Shown here: piece after piece, positions 19,549 through 29,483 of the stretch
How positions within the stretch are numbered: the first letter of the stretch is position 1
Layout: every line of letters begins with the position of its first letter
Origin: an uncultured virus (IMG/VR IMGVR_UViG_3300025133_005019)
Lineage: Duplodnaviria; Heunggongvirae; Uroviricota; Caudoviricetes
IMG/VR virus record: IMGVR_UViG_3300025133_005019
Strand: one strand, 5' to 3'
DNA length: 57,478 bases
Position numbers and translations under genes: made by a program
The notes under the pieces: model-generated
Databases searched by the model: none
Told to the model about the DNA's origin: nothing
What the model saw: the letters and a program-made list of their open reading frames with translations, nothing else

Positions 19549-20586
19549 TTATGCTTTCGCTTCTTCTTCCGCTGCATCTAGCACACGGTTAAATTCACGC
19601 AAACGTTTAATGACTGATTGGAAGTCAACAATCGTTGTCCATCGATCAATAAAGTAAGTTAATGCGCCTTCGACTCTACCAAATGCATTTAGTACCTGAA
19701 TAAGTACACCAAATGTAATTAGCTGTGCGAAATAACTAGGTGCAAGTACAATAAGAGCCACGTTACCTGCAATTAGACTAAAGCCAGTTTGCCATACACC
19801 AAAGCCCATATACCAGTTAAACAAGCGGTAATAGTTGCGCTTAACACTCGCAAACATTGGGAATAGATCTGCGCTAACACGTTCACTAAAGTCATCTTCA
19901 CTGTGAACAAGTTTTTTACGAAACTTAGCTTCAACAACCTGGTTACGGTATTCCAATCCAGGAAGTTTCATACCTAGTAGGAATGATAGTGCGGTGCCGC
20001 CTAAGCTCATTGTTAGTGCTACCCAAACTAAGAAGCCTGGAATAATTTGGCCATTCCATACTGGTAAGCCTTCACTTAGTTGCCATAATACTGGTAAAAA
20101 TGCACTTAAAATAAAGATTTTGTTAACAAATCCCGTAAACAATGATTGCAATGTTTTACCGAAAATCATCAAATCTTCTTGAATACGTTGTGATCCACCT
20201 TCAATAACAGCGGTAGATTCTTCCCATCGCATTAGATAGTGATGCGTATTCGCTTCTCTCCAGCGGAATGTGTACCGTTGAGTTTGCCAAGTAGCATAGG
20301 TTGCCATTGGTACATATATAATTAATATTTCTAGAAAACTTGGTACTGTGGTTTTTTCATCCATATTAAACGAAATAAAATCAATCATCCGTAATGAATC
20401 AAAACTCCAAAACAATTGCCAAAACCTATCTTCTTGAAGGGTTTGGATTGCATCGTAGAACTCTCGGTTCCATGAGTTATAGTAAACCAAAATTTGAACA
20501 TTGTACCAACCTATGAACAGTAGCCAAGCCAGCATTAGCCAGGCGTACGGAGCATTCTTTGACGTCCAAAAGAAACTTTTAAGCAT
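19549..20586 (-). CDS. sbmA: SbmA/BacA-like peptide transporter
   Basis: WNREFYDAIQ, FRWRE, IEGGSQRIQED, LPGLEYRNQVVEAKFRKKLV; multiple TMs. Confidence 0.9.
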   Translation of the reverse strand: MLKSFFWTSKNAPYAWLMLAWLLFIGWYNVQILVYYNSWNREFYDAIQTLQEDRFWQLFWSFDSLRMIDFISFNMDEKTTVPSFLEILIIYVPMATYATWQTQRYTFRWREANTHHYLMRWEESTAVIEGGSQRIQEDLMIFGKTLQSLFTGFVNKIFILSAFLPVLWQLSEGLPVWNGQIIPGFLVWVALTMSLGGTALSFLLGMKLPGLEYRNQVVEAKFRKKLVHSEDDFSERVSADLFPMFASVKRNYYRLFNWYMGFGVWQTGFSLIAGNVALIVLAPSYFAQLITFGVLIQVLNAFGRVEGALTYFIDRWTTIVDFQSVIKRLREFNRVLDAAEEEAKA

Positions 20587-20604
20587 GTTATGCCTCCATT
20601 TATT

Positions 20605-21474
20605 TTACTTTAAACCAGCGTCAGGCGCACTGCCGCTGAAGCCCCAGAAATTCCTATAGTTTGTTGCAAGTTCAATTAAGCCTTTGCGTAAAGGAAAGTC
20701 ATTTGGTTTCAGCCAATACATTGACGAATTTGGTATCTTAATAAACAGAAGTCTCAAGTCTGGACTTTCAACACCTAATGATTGTAATAATTGCATCAAG
20801 TTCGCAGCGGTTCTAAAACTACTAGATTCTAACTGCCTTCTGTTTAAATTATTAATAGCACCTTCTGGTGTGCCAGGGCCATGTATGCCAAGCCACACGT
20901 CACCAATAAGGTACCGTTGGTCACCACCTAAAAACATAAGACTACATGCACTAGCACACATTGTTTTGCCAGCCATATAGTTATCATCTTCTGGGATAGT
21001 TCCTGGGGTATAAATTATTTCCCCGTTTTCATTCATTACAGTCGTATCTCGTACAACTGTAACAACATCTCGTAATTTTAAATGAGCTGCTAAACAGCTT
21101 CCTTCAGCTAGGTTTCCGCCTGGTGATTCAAGTATCACAGTAAATGCCTGTGGCATGTCTGGTATAATACGTTCGCAATCTCCGTCGCCTACACTACCTG
21201 TCAAAGTATAAAGGTTATCACCAATTAATTTAAATTCTAAATGATCGTTTGGGTCATCAGCTTCGTCTGCTGCTTTTTCATCATTTAAATCATGATACAT
21301 AACCATGAAATCATCGTAATACATATGGCCTTGATTAACTACTAGTACAGTACACAGTATTGTTAACCCGCCCAAAAATGTATTTTGGAATAATTTATTA
21401 ATAGCCCGATAAACAAAAGTTTCTTTTGACTTTTGCACTAATACCTTGACTATGTTTTTCAGAAAATTTAACAT
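20605..21474 (-). CDS. Membrane-anchored ClpP/crotonase-fold protease-like protein
   Basis: N-terminal TM; LESPGG, CASACSLMFLGG, LGIHG. Confidence 0.7.
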   Translation of the reverse strand: MLNFLKNIVKVLVQKSKETFVYRAINKLFQNTFLGGLTILCTVLVVNQGHMYYDDFMVMYHDLNDEKAADEADDPNDHLEFKLIGDNLYTLTGSVGDGDCERIIPDMPQAFTVILESPGGNLAEGSCLAAHLKLRDVVTVVRDTTVMNENGEIIYTPGTIPEDDNYMAGKTMCASACSLMFLGGDQRYLIGDVWLGIHGPGTPEGAINNLNRRQLESSSFRTAANLMQLLQSLGVESPDLRLLFIKIPNSSMYWLKPNDFPLRKGLIELATNYRNFWGFSGSAPDAGLK

Positions 21475-21544
21475 GTGGATCTCCGTTTGTTTTTACGCTT
21501 CTGTACTAGTATTTAGTTGAGTCCAAAAGGCGTAGATCATCCAT

Positions 21545-21853
21545 TTATTTTTCTTCTGTATCTGATTGCTCAGATTCTGAATCAGTTTGCTCAGCTTCAT
21601 TTGCTTGTTGCTGTCTAGCAGCCATCGCCGCAGCAAAATCAGTTTCAGTCATACATTGTGCTTGCTTAATTAATGTATATTCAGTACTGATTGGAAATTG
21701 ACCCTGTACCTTTTCAACATATTGATGACATATCTCCATATTGGGATATGGTACAAATTGAAATACTGGATTTCCTAATTGAAATTGGAAAACACTTACA
21801 ATAAAATGTCCTACAATTAATATTGCGCCTACTGTGCCTGTTGCTGGTTCCAT
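21545..21853 (-). CDS. Small exported/membrane protein
   Basis: Hydrophobic N-terminus, two Cys, acidic tail. Confidence 0.65.
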   Translation of the reverse strand: MEPATGTVGAILIVGHFIVSVFQFQLGNPVFQFVPYPNMEICHQYVEKVQGQFPISTEYTLIKQAQCMTETDFAAAMAARQQQANEAEQTDSESEQSDTEEK

Positions 21854-21865
21854 GATGAACCCTCC

Positions 21866-22366
21866 TTATTTTGCGAAGTCATCGCCTCGCGGTTGAAAAT
21901 CGTATACGGCATATTCTCCACCTTGCGTTTGGCCTTTGCCGCTCTTATCGCCTTTTTGTTTTATTTGCTGAGGTACGCCTTGTTCGGTTTTGTTTTGTGC
22001 TTCTTCCATTGCTTCTTGATTTTCTTCAGTGTTATCAATCAAATAACAACGAGCACCACGACTTGAACTTCGCTCACGTTCAGCTTCAGTCTCAATCAAA
22101 TAAACTCTAGCTTCAATTTTTTCATCATCATATGTTGGAACATGACTCTGGTATACTGCATCGTCTGGTATTACACCTGACGTACAATAACCTAGATTAT
22201 CGTCAATTGTTCTATACATTACTATAACTGTCATTAATGTTAATGGAATTAAGGCAAATAATACTACCCAATTTCGCATTAACTTGATCATAGTATACAA
22301 TAATACAGACATTAGTATTACTAATGATATTAATACTGGTAATAATTCTAAACTTATGTAATTCAT
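21866..22366 (-). CDS. Two-TM protein with soluble C-terminal domain
   Basis: Two hydrophobic helices then a charged domain. Confidence 0.7.
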   Translation of the reverse strand: MNYISLELLPVLISLVILMSVLLYTMIKLMRNWVVLFALIPLTLMTVIVMYRTIDDNLGYCTSGVIPDDAVYQSHVPTYDDEKIEARVYLIETEAERERSSSRGARCYLIDNTEENQEAMEEAQNKTEQGVPQQIKQKGDKSGKGQTQGGEYAVYDFQPRGDDFAK

Positions 22367-22375
22367 AAATTATCC

Positions 22376-23089
22376 TTATGGTATGTTCGCTGATGATGGT
22401 TGGTCAACTGCTGGTGGTGGTGTTGGGAGATTTCTGTTGTTTATTTTTGATCCCATTATGAAATTACTTTTACGTTCATCATAACTCGTTACGTTGCCGT
22501 CTTCATCAAGTTCAAAGTTAAAGAGTGTAACTATTTGGCCTTTTCTAGAATATAATTTTTCTACCAAATATGCTTCACCATACGGATTAATTTTAACTAA
22601 TGAAGCGCGAACCCAAGACTCTTCTGTTAGATATTGAGAACTGCCGATGTCTTTATCTGCCCTATAGGTCATTTTTCGAGAATAAACATGAAATGCTACT
22701 TCATATCTTCCTGGAACAATGCCACGCATAGTTACAACTTCACGATTAATTGGTAATACCATTAAATCGCCAGTTACTGGATTTCTATATGAATCATTGC
22801 TTGCGCCAAGATCATCTTTTTCCAAATGTAGCAAGCCACCCATTTTATTTCGGAAACTAACTACGGTTGCATTTGGATCTTTGACCCATAAATCAATGTC
22901 ATCATCTAATGCAGTATTCCATTCGATAATAATTAAGTACTCGGCTTTCTTTGGAGCGTCTGCTTCTTTGGTTGGGGGATTAATTAAGATAAACGCAATA
23001 ACAAAAAGAAAAACAAAGCCCACAAGTAAGTTAAATAGCAAATCTTGAAATGCATATGTGCTACGAAACTTACTTCTATCAGCGCTCAT
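22376..23089 (-). CDS. MotB/ExbD-like single-TM protein
   Basis: AFQDLLFNLLVGF (Asp at TM start); soluble domain DDIDLWVKDP, LEKDDLG, NREVVT. Confidence 0.65.
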   Translation of the reverse strand: MSADRSKFRSTYAFQDLLFNLLVGFVFLFVIAFILINPPTKEADAPKKAEYLIIIEWNTALDDDIDLWVKDPNATVVSFRNKMGGLLHLEKDDLGASNDSYRNPVTGDLMVLPINREVVTMRGIVPGRYEVAFHVYSRKMTYRADKDIGSSQYLTEESWVRASLVKINPYGEAYLVEKLYSRKGQIVTLFNFELDEDGNVTSYDERKSNFIMGSKINNRNLPTPPPAVDQPSSANIP

Positions 23090-23541
23090 TATTCTGTAAT
23101 CTCGATATTAACTAATTGAACTTTAAACAACTGACTACAAATTAATCCAACTAGTGTAGTATATAAGGCGGTACTCATCCCCAACGCCATTGCTGTTAAA
23201 GCTTCTTTAAGACTAGATTGGTTGCTAACATCAATGGTTTCAAAGCTGCTTCCCAGCATTAAAATAAAACCTGCGACAGTACCAATCATACCAAGTGCCA
23301 GCATAGATTCTGCCATAAACCATCCGGTATCTATTCTTGCAGAAACTTGTTTACCTTTGGATTTATGATAAGTTGCAGTACCTATCATGACACTGCCGGC
23401 CAAATATAAAGCCATGATTACAAAACTTAGCTTGGTGCTATCCTTTGCATATACTTCATCCATAAAACCTAAGTAATATCCGATATATGCAAATAAAAGG
23501 CTTAAGCAAAATATAAGCCACCATTTTAAAAATTTATTCAT
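23089..23541 (-). CDS. MotA/TolQ/ExbB proton-channel family protein
   Basis: LGMIGTVAGF...GMSTALYTTLVGL. Confidence 0.82.
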   Translation of the reverse strand: MNKFLKWWLIFCLSLLFAYIGYYLGFMDEVYAKDSTKLSFVIMALYLAGSVMIGTATYHKSKGKQVSARIDTGWFMAESMLALGMIGTVAGFILMLGSSFETIDVSNQSSLKEALTAMALGMSTALYTTLVGLICSQLFKVQLVNIEITE

Positions 23542-23586
23542 AACAACTGTTTTCCTTTTATCGTTTGTTATAGGTATTTATCATAA

Positions 23587-24507
23587 TCAATCTAAGGCGC
23601 GACTGATCTCTATCATTGTTGCTGAAAGGTTAATTTCAACATCTGCGACCTGTGTATGCTTTACTAATCCATTCCTAATAGCAAGAACACATTCGTCATA
23701 TTGATCATTGTTGTCTGTGTATAAGTCTAAATTGCGATAAAGCCAGGTATAGATGTCATTATATTCATCAGCCCTAGCTTTATTAATAATTAATTTGCGA
23801 GCATCGACAATCTTTTTTGCTTTGAACAAATCAACCATGCCAATGCGCCATTCTGCACTGGAACCTTCATCTTGTGGTTGTTGTAGCTGATTATCAACGA
23901 CACTCATTTGTACTGTATTGATTGTTTTGCGTAGATCTGGATAGTTAGCACGAACCATTGCATCAATAGTTTCTAAATCAAAAGTGCAACTTTCTCCAAT
24001 AAGAATTTCTGCTATACGAGCAGTAAACTCAGTTTGATCAAGTTGTTCGATATGAAATCCTTGGCACCTACTATGCAATGCAGGAATAATCATATTAGGA
24101 TAATTACATGTTAGAATAAAACGTACACTAGCATGATATTGCTCCATAACACCGCGCAATGCTGCTTGTCCTTCTGGACTAATGTGGTCAGCCTCATCTA
24201 GCAATACTACTTTAAAATTACCCCATGGCATTGTTTCGCTAAATGCAGTAATCTTTTTACGAATCATTTCAACGCCGTTGTCTCTACTAGCGTTAATGTA
24301 TAATACATCTGCCTTTTCTACACTTAATTCTTCAATAAGAACTTTGGCAAGTGTAGTTTTACCTGTGCCTGGAGAACCACTAAACAATAGATGTGGAATG
24401 CCTTGGTCATCAATCCAATTCTGTACCTGCGCACGTTGAGCATCATCTTTGAATACATATTCAGCAATGCTACTTGGCCTGTACTTCTCCACCCAAAGTT
24501 CTTTCAT
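23587..24507 (-). CDS. Clamp loader AAA+ subunit (T4 gp44/RFC-like)
   Basis: LWVEKYRP, GSPGTGKT, LDEAD, SRC. Confidence 0.93.
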   Translation of the reverse strand: MKELWVEKYRPSSIAEYVFKDDAQRAQVQNWIDDQGIPHLLFSGSPGTGKTTLAKVLIEELSVEKADVLYINASRDNGVEMIRKKITAFSETMPWGNFKVVLLDEADHISPEGQAALRGVMEQYHASVRFILTCNYPNMIIPALHSRCQGFHIEQLDQTEFTARIAEILIGESCTFDLETIDAMVRANYPDLRKTINTVQMSVVDNQLQQPQDEGSSAEWRIGMVDLFKAKKIVDARKLIINKARADEYNDIYTWLYRNLDLYTDNNDQYDECVLAIRNGLVKHTQVADVEINLSATMIEISRALD

Positions 24508-24565
24508 ATTTTATCCTTTATTTTAATTACGTTAATAACTATTATATATGAGTTTTGATGATATG

Positions 24566-24844
24566 TCAAACATTGATTGCATTGACATTAGTTAATTTAT
24601 CCCAACGAAATGAGCGCCAACCTTCTGCGTTAATGTCAAATACACTGCATACATCTGGGTTCTGTTTGCGAACTTTTTTTGGCTTATTAGTGCTTTCATT
24701 AACTTTGACTTCAGGCAATTTATCTGCTTTTAAAGTACAAGTCATTATTCGTTGATCACCATTCACTTTATTGAATGTAACTTCAACAATGCCTGCTTTA
24801 AGTTGATCGATTACTTGTTCTTTCTGTTCATCAGTGTTATACAT
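24566..24844 (-). CDS. SH3/WYL-like phage protein
   Basis: VTFNKVNGDQRIMTCTL...FDINAEGWRSFR. Confidence 0.75.
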   Translation of the reverse strand: MYNTDEQKEQVIDQLKAGIVEVTFNKVNGDQRIMTCTLKADKLPEVKVNESTNKPKKVRKQNPDVCSVFDINAEGWRSFRWDKLTNVNAINV

Positions 24845-24857
24845 TTTATAGTGTTCC

Positions 24858-25178
24858 TTAATTAGATAATGAATCTATCATTAAAATTTTACCAAGTTCT
24901 TCGGTAAGATCTGCACCATCACTAATAACATACAGCCGGGTGTCATGGTCATAGCCACTACGCCCAGCAACGGTAGTTAATGTTGTGGTTCTGCATTCAA
25001 TAATTCGTCCACCATTTGCACTATATACTCGAATATTATAAGACGGATCTACATCTGGTCGCCATGACACCTTGTTATCATCATGGATTATATAATCGTC
25101 TAACGATGGGTCTTGAAAGTCATGGTATGACTTGTCTATCAAATATTTGCCTAACCAGGTATGCAGTCTTCTTAACAT
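24858..25178 (-). CDS. Hypothetical phage protein
   Basis: ANGGRIIE...LYVI...ELGKI. Confidence 0.65.
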   Translation of the reverse strand: MLRRLHTWLGKYLIDKSYHDFQDPSLDDYIIHDDNKVSWRPDVDPSYNIRVYSANGGRIIECRTTTLTTVAGRSGYDHDTRLYVISDGADLTEELGKILMIDSLSN

Positions 25179-25187
25179 ATAAACCTC

Positions 25188-25847
25188 TTAGTATGTAGTG
25201 ATGATCTTGTCAGCCACACCATGCTTTAACACTTCTTCAGGCGTTAACCAAACGTCCTCAGCAGGAAGAAGATGCTGACGAATGTATTTCTCGTTTTTAC
25301 CAGTACACTTCTTATAGTGCTCAACCATGTTATGTGATGTCTGTTCAAATGATTTCATACGAGCATAAAGATCAAATTCTTTACCACCACTACCTGCACT
25401 ATATACATGACTCATAACACTAGTATTCTGTGTCACGTAGCGATGACCTTTCTCGCCCGCCATTAATAGTAAGCAACCACATGATGCAGCCATACCCATA
25501 GCATATGTGTACACTGGAATGCGGCTCTGCTTAATAGTATCAATCAAATGCCAGGCACTGGCAACCATACCACCAGGGCTGTTGATATACAGATGAATAA
25601 TCTCGGGTTTCTTATCATCAGGCATCAAGTTATATTCTAAAATCATCTTAACCAATGGCATGCAGTTCTCTTGATTAAACTCTTTATCCATAAACAGCAC
25701 ACCATTATCACGCAAATATTCACCTGGCATTTTTGGCGGCGCAGGTGGCGCTGGCATTGGCGGCATTGGTGGTGCATCTGGGACCTGTCTTGGTACTGGT
25801 ATTACTGTTGGGTTTTGCTTTTTTGGTTCTGTCTTTTTCTTAGCCAC
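25188..25847 (-). CDS. clpP: ClpP protease subunit with Pro-rich N-terminus
   Basis: LYINSPGG, MAASCG, MSH, EDVWL. Confidence 0.9.
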   Translation of the reverse strand: MAKKKTEPKKQNPTVIPVPRQVPDAPPMPPMPAPPAPPKMPGEYLRDNGVLFMDKEFNQENCMPLVKMILEYNLMPDDKKPEIIHLYINSPGGMVASAWHLIDTIKQSRIPVYTYAMGMAASCGCLLLMAGEKGHRYVTQNTSVMSHVYSAGSGGKEFDLYARMKSFEQTSHNMVEHYKKCTGKNEKYIRQHLLPAEDVWLTPEEVLKHGVADKIITTY

Positions 25848-25876
25848 AATAAATTTCCTTTTATTAGTTTTTTAAC

Positions 25877-26197
25877 TTAGACGGTAATTCCATCTTTAAT
25901 TGGGTTAGTATCAGAAGTAATTAAACATTCTTCATTATCCAATAACCAAACCTTAGTATCATCATTTACTCGAAGAGCATTACTCCAACGACCGTGGGAT
26001 ACCAATACATATTCATCTTTCTTAATCCAATCAACCTTTGGCCCAACACTATATACTTGGAACCAACGAGGTCTAATTGCCTCGGGGGTTGCATCCTTAT
26101 CAGCAATAAAAATACCACCTTGTGTTTTTTTATAATCGCCTGGCGCATCAATCATTACTGCCAAAACCTTATCGCCAAATGCTTTTACTGATTTCAT
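25877..26197 (-). CDS. groES: GroES-like co-chaperonin
   Basis: DKVL...KTQGGIF...VYSVGP. Confidence 0.8.
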   Translation of the reverse strand: MKSVKAFGDKVLAVMIDAPGDYKKTQGGIFIADKDATPEAIRPRWFQVYSVGPKVDWIKKDEYVLVSHGRWSNALRVNDDTKVWLLDNEECLITSDTNPIKDGITV

Positions 26198-26586
26198 TTT
26201 TTGTCTACCTCTACTTCTTTCATACTTCCATCATTATATTCAACTTCAATATACTGTGATCCATCTGGGCGCTCACGCAATTGTCGGTTAACTTCTGTTA
26301 GCTTTTTCTTTTTCTTTTTTCTTTTTTCTTCGTGCAACTCTTGCACTTCATCAACTATTATTTGGTCATCTTTAATACTTGCTGCTTTAGCAGTAGCATC
26401 TGGACTTGCTGCTTTATATATTTCACGAGTGACTTCTTCACGGGTTATTTTTACATTACCACGATTATCAATAATATCACCGCGGGCATTCATAGATACA
26501 TTACCTACTGCCCTGTCTGTTTCATGCTTCGCAGCAATTGCGACCATATTAACTTCACGCCCGCGGGCCGATATAATTCTTCTCAT
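26194..26586 (-). CDS. Hypothetical phage protein
   Basis: SARGREVNM...AVGNVSMNARGD; ATGA overlaps. Confidence 0.7.
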   Translation of the reverse strand: MRRIISARGREVNMVAIAAKHETDRAVGNVSMNARGDIIDNRGNVKITREEVTREIYKAASPDATAKAASIKDDQIIVDEVQELHEEKRKKKKKKLTEVNRQLRERPDGSQYIEVEYNDGSMKEVEVDKK

Positions 26587-27089
26587 TTTAAAAACTCCTT
26601 AATGTCAAGTTCATACTTAATACTGTCTACTTTATGGATGCCAAGCAAGAATAATACATAACTTGCTACACTTGAACCACGACCAACACCCAAAACAATG
26701 TCATTTTCTTTACACACATCAACCAAATATACTAAAAAATTAAGAACTGGTATCATACCACGTTCACGAAATAATTGTATTTCTTCATGTACTCGTGCTC
26801 GTTGTTGGTATGTTAGTGTTCTATTATTTATAAATCTGACAACATCAATTTCTTTATAATATTCTGGCATATACCAATGCTCTAAGCAATGTTGAAAGTA
26901 CTCTAGGTCTGTATTTTCTGTATGTGCTTCAATTTTATGATCTATGTCATACTGATTGCACCAATTATTGTAGATATTAATGGGTTCAACACTATCTACA
27001 ATAGCTGATCCTATATCTATATTATTTAACCAAGAAACAACTATATCCTGGTCAGTCAATATTATCTGATGATTGTTGTTTTTCCTCAC
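26583..27089 (-). CDS. Stand-alone DnaE (Pol III alpha)-like fragment
   Basis: RVHEEIQLF...GVGRGSSVASYVLFLLGIHKVDSIKY. Confidence 0.82.
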   Translation of the reverse strand: MRKNNNHQIILTDQDIVVSWLNNIDIGSAIVDSVEPINIYNNWCNQYDIDHKIEAHTENTDLEYFQHCLEHWYMPEYYKEIDVVRFINNRTLTYQQRARVHEEIQLFRERGMIPVLNFLVYLVDVCKENDIVLGVGRGSSVASYVLFLLGIHKVDSIKYELDIKEFLK

Positions 27090-27330
27090 CGATCAATAGT
27101 CCTTGTTCGTTATCGTTACTATTTTGTTTCTTGGAACTTTCCACAAATTCAGCAATCTTTTCCTGTTTGTGGAATCTAATTTCATTTAAAAAATTATTCA
27201 ATTGATCAATAATGCTGTCACTCATTCCAGCATTGCTAGCAGTCAAGACACGCTTTAACACCATTTTCTCAAATTCTATGGATTCTTCCATAGTTAGATC
27301 TTCAAGTGGTTTATCTTGGAATTTTAGCAT
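27052..27330 (-). CDS. Hypothetical protein
   Basis: Operon-packed ORF. Confidence 0.65.
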   Translation of the reverse strand: MLKFQDKPLEDLTMEESIEFEKMVLKRVLTASNAGMSDSIIDQLNNFLNEIRFHKQEKIAEFVESSKKQNSNDNEQGLLIGEEKQQSSDNID

Positions 27331-27743
27331 TAGAGATCGCCTTCTTGCCTGTTTTCACTATAGAACGCATCAAACTCTCCACCTGGATAGCGTGATTCTA
27401 ACTTGTTCACGTTCTCTGCGATAACATCATTGGGGTCTAGATTTAATGCTCGGCAAGCATTCATCCAATACCACATAATGTCACCTAATTCACGCTTCAT
27501 ATGAAAGATGGTATCTTTGTGCATATGTTTGCCTTGGAACGCAACTTTCTTTGGAATCTCTGCAAATTCACCGCCTTCAGCAGCCATGCCAATAGCCGCT
27601 GTCAAAAGCAATGACATATTCACACCACTATCATTTTCTACTTCACGCAAACGTTCAGTAAATACATCAGTATTGTTAGATGCATCGCTTGTTACTTCTT
27701 TTACAAAGCCTTTGTACTTGTTTAAATCAATGTTGTTGGTCAT
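27330..27743 (-). CDS. mazG: MazG-like NTP pyrophosphohydrolase
   Basis: AEGGEFAE, KRELGDIMWY, NVNKLESRYP. Confidence 0.9.
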   Translation of the reverse strand: MTNNIDLNKYKGFVKEVTSDASNNTDVFTERLREVENDSGVNMSLLLTAAIGMAAEGGEFAEIPKKVAFQGKHMHKDTIFHMKRELGDIMWYWMNACRALNLDPNDVIAENVNKLESRYPGGEFDAFYSENRQEGDL

Positions 27744-27804
27744 TTAATTTTCCTTTAGATTACAATCAGTTTAACATATCGACAATGGTATGTCAAATGC
27801 TATT

Positions 27805-28146
27805 TTATAGCCCGCAACTTTTTATAGATGCGTTACTTGGGCACCCGCCACATTCGTCTGACTGTGGATTCGATACTTCTAACGTAGACCCAAATTCGTC
27901 TTTTTCGATGGTTATAGTTGCGCCATATAGATACATAAAGCTTACATCATCTATTACTAACTTACAGCCATTCTCTAGATCAATAACTTCATCACCTGGG
28001 ACCAAATTATCTGGGTCGGCAAAATACCATCCATATTGATATCCAGAACAGCCTGCACCTATAATTGCTAACCGTGGATATTGATTGTCATTTTCTTGAC
28101 TTGATTTTAATAAATGCTCTTTCGCTTCTTGTGCAACATTAATCAT
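27805..28146 (-). CDS. HesB/IscA-family Fe-S carrier
   Basis: GAGCSGYQY, IDDVSFMYLYG, NPQSDECGGC. Confidence 0.88.
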   Translation of the reverse strand: MINVAQEAKEHLLKSSQENDNQYPRLAIIGAGCSGYQYGWYFADPDNLVPGDEVIDLENGCKLVIDDVSFMYLYGATITIEKDEFGSTLEVSNPQSDECGGCPSNASIKSCGL

Positions 28147-28158
28147 ATATTTTATCTC

Positions 28159-28872
28159 CTAGTGATAACAGACCATTGGTCTAATTTTACAATACCAGTC
28201 TGGCATGTCTGATGGGTTAACAGTATGAAAGAATACTTCTTCAAGCTCTTGCCACCCTTGCCATAAGAAGTAAATTCCTAAAAATATCATTGCAAATTTA
28301 CTAATAGTAAAGAATAATTTGACTGGTATTTGCAACATTACTCGTTTAAGTATAATATATAGAATAAATAATGCAACTAACGCCACCACGCCACCTGTTA
28401 TAATAACATCTGATTGTTCAATATCACTTAGGAATAATGCATTGTAAAACAATACAATTTCAAATCCCTCGCGTAAAATGGCAAACATTACCGTTGCTGA
28501 TAAAGCCAATGCAGTACCAGTTGATACATTCTGTTCAATACCATGTTTAATATGCTGTTCAGGTCCGTGACACCACCACGCTACATAAAATAGCATTAAT
28601 GCAGCAATAATCATGGTAATACCTTCGAACAGTTCTTCATGCTCATGCGTGGCTTCTGCTATTACGCTAAATCCAGTAGCTACTAGTATACTCAACAAGA
28701 TTCCAGAAAACACACCATACCAGACATATCTATTTTTATCACGCACATTAAGAATTTCCAGATATGAAAAAACTAACATAACAATTAGCATTGCTTCTAA
28801 TCCTTCGCGGAATATAATAAAAAATGAGCCTATAAAGGCCAGTACTTCTGCATTTGTTAAAAGATCAGTCAT
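28159..28872 (-). CDS. FTR1-family iron permease
   Basis: Two REGxE motifs, REGLE and REGFE; multiple TMs. Confidence 0.9.
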   Translation of the reverse strand: MTDLLTNAEVLAFIGSFFIIFREGLEAMLIVMLVFSYLEILNVRDKNRYVWYGVFSGILLSILVATGFSVIAEATHEHEELFEGITMIIAALMLFYVAWWCHGPEQHIKHGIEQNVSTGTALALSATVMFAILREGFEIVLFYNALFLSDIEQSDVIITGGVVALVALFILYIILKRVMLQIPVKLFFTISKFAMIFLGIYFLWQGWQELEEVFFHTVNPSDMPDWYCKIRPMVCYH

Positions 28873-29146
28873 TTGTTTTCTCCATATTAATTTTCACTAC
28901 AACGGGGTCTAAGATGGTCCCAATGTCTTTTGATTGTAACATATCCCTTAGTTTAAAAGAGAATTGTAATAGTTCATCATGGGTTTTGAATTTGTCTAAG
29001 AATTGTATATTCTCACCACGCCTGAGCATTTTAATATAATCTATAAAACCTGAATCAACCCATTGATAAGGTGAATAAAGTCCCATTGTAAAATATTCCA
29101 GTGAACTAATTTTTTCGTCATTTGTCATTTTATTAATCACCATCAC
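28865..29146 (-). CDS. Hypothetical protein
   Basis: Operon-packed ORF. Confidence 0.5.
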   Translation of the reverse strand: MMVINKMTNDEKISSLEYFTMGLYSPYQWVDSGFIDYIKMLRRGENIQFLDKFKTHDELLQFSFKLRDMLQSKDIGTILDPVVVKINMEKTND

Positions 29147-29483
29147 CAGGTCTTTCGTCTAGTAACTTGATTTTATTACCACCAGCATATCCTAACACTG
29201 GATTCATTTTATCTGAATCTGGCAGCGGATCTTTCCGTGCTGTGATTACTGGCCAAAGTCTACTATATTTGTCATTAAAGTCGACCCATGACGCCCCTTC
29301 TTTAGTTGTGTCAGGTAAAATAGCACCTGTCGGGCATTCAGGCTCGCAAACACCACAATCAATACATTCATTTGGACGAATTACTAATGTATTTGCTCCT
29401 TCATAAAAGCAGTCTACTGGACAAACTTCTACACAATCGGTATATTTGCATTTAATGCATGCATCATTAACTATATATGTCAT
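29133..29483 (-). CDS. fdxA: FdxA-type dicluster ferredoxin
   Basis: [21 protein letters not shown]...[12 protein letters not shown]. Confidence 0.95.
   Translation of the reverse strand: MTYIVNDACIKCKYTDCVEVCPVDCFYEGANTLVIRPNECIDCGVCEPECPTGAILPDTTKEGASWVDFNDKYSRLWPVITARKDPLPDSDKMNPVLGYAGGNKIKLLDERPGDGD

Noticed and set aside
22376..23541. Calling the MotA/MotB-like pair a Zorya system
   Set aside because: No long ZorA tail, no OmpA-like domain recognised in the B subunit, and no ZorC/D/E genes adjacent.
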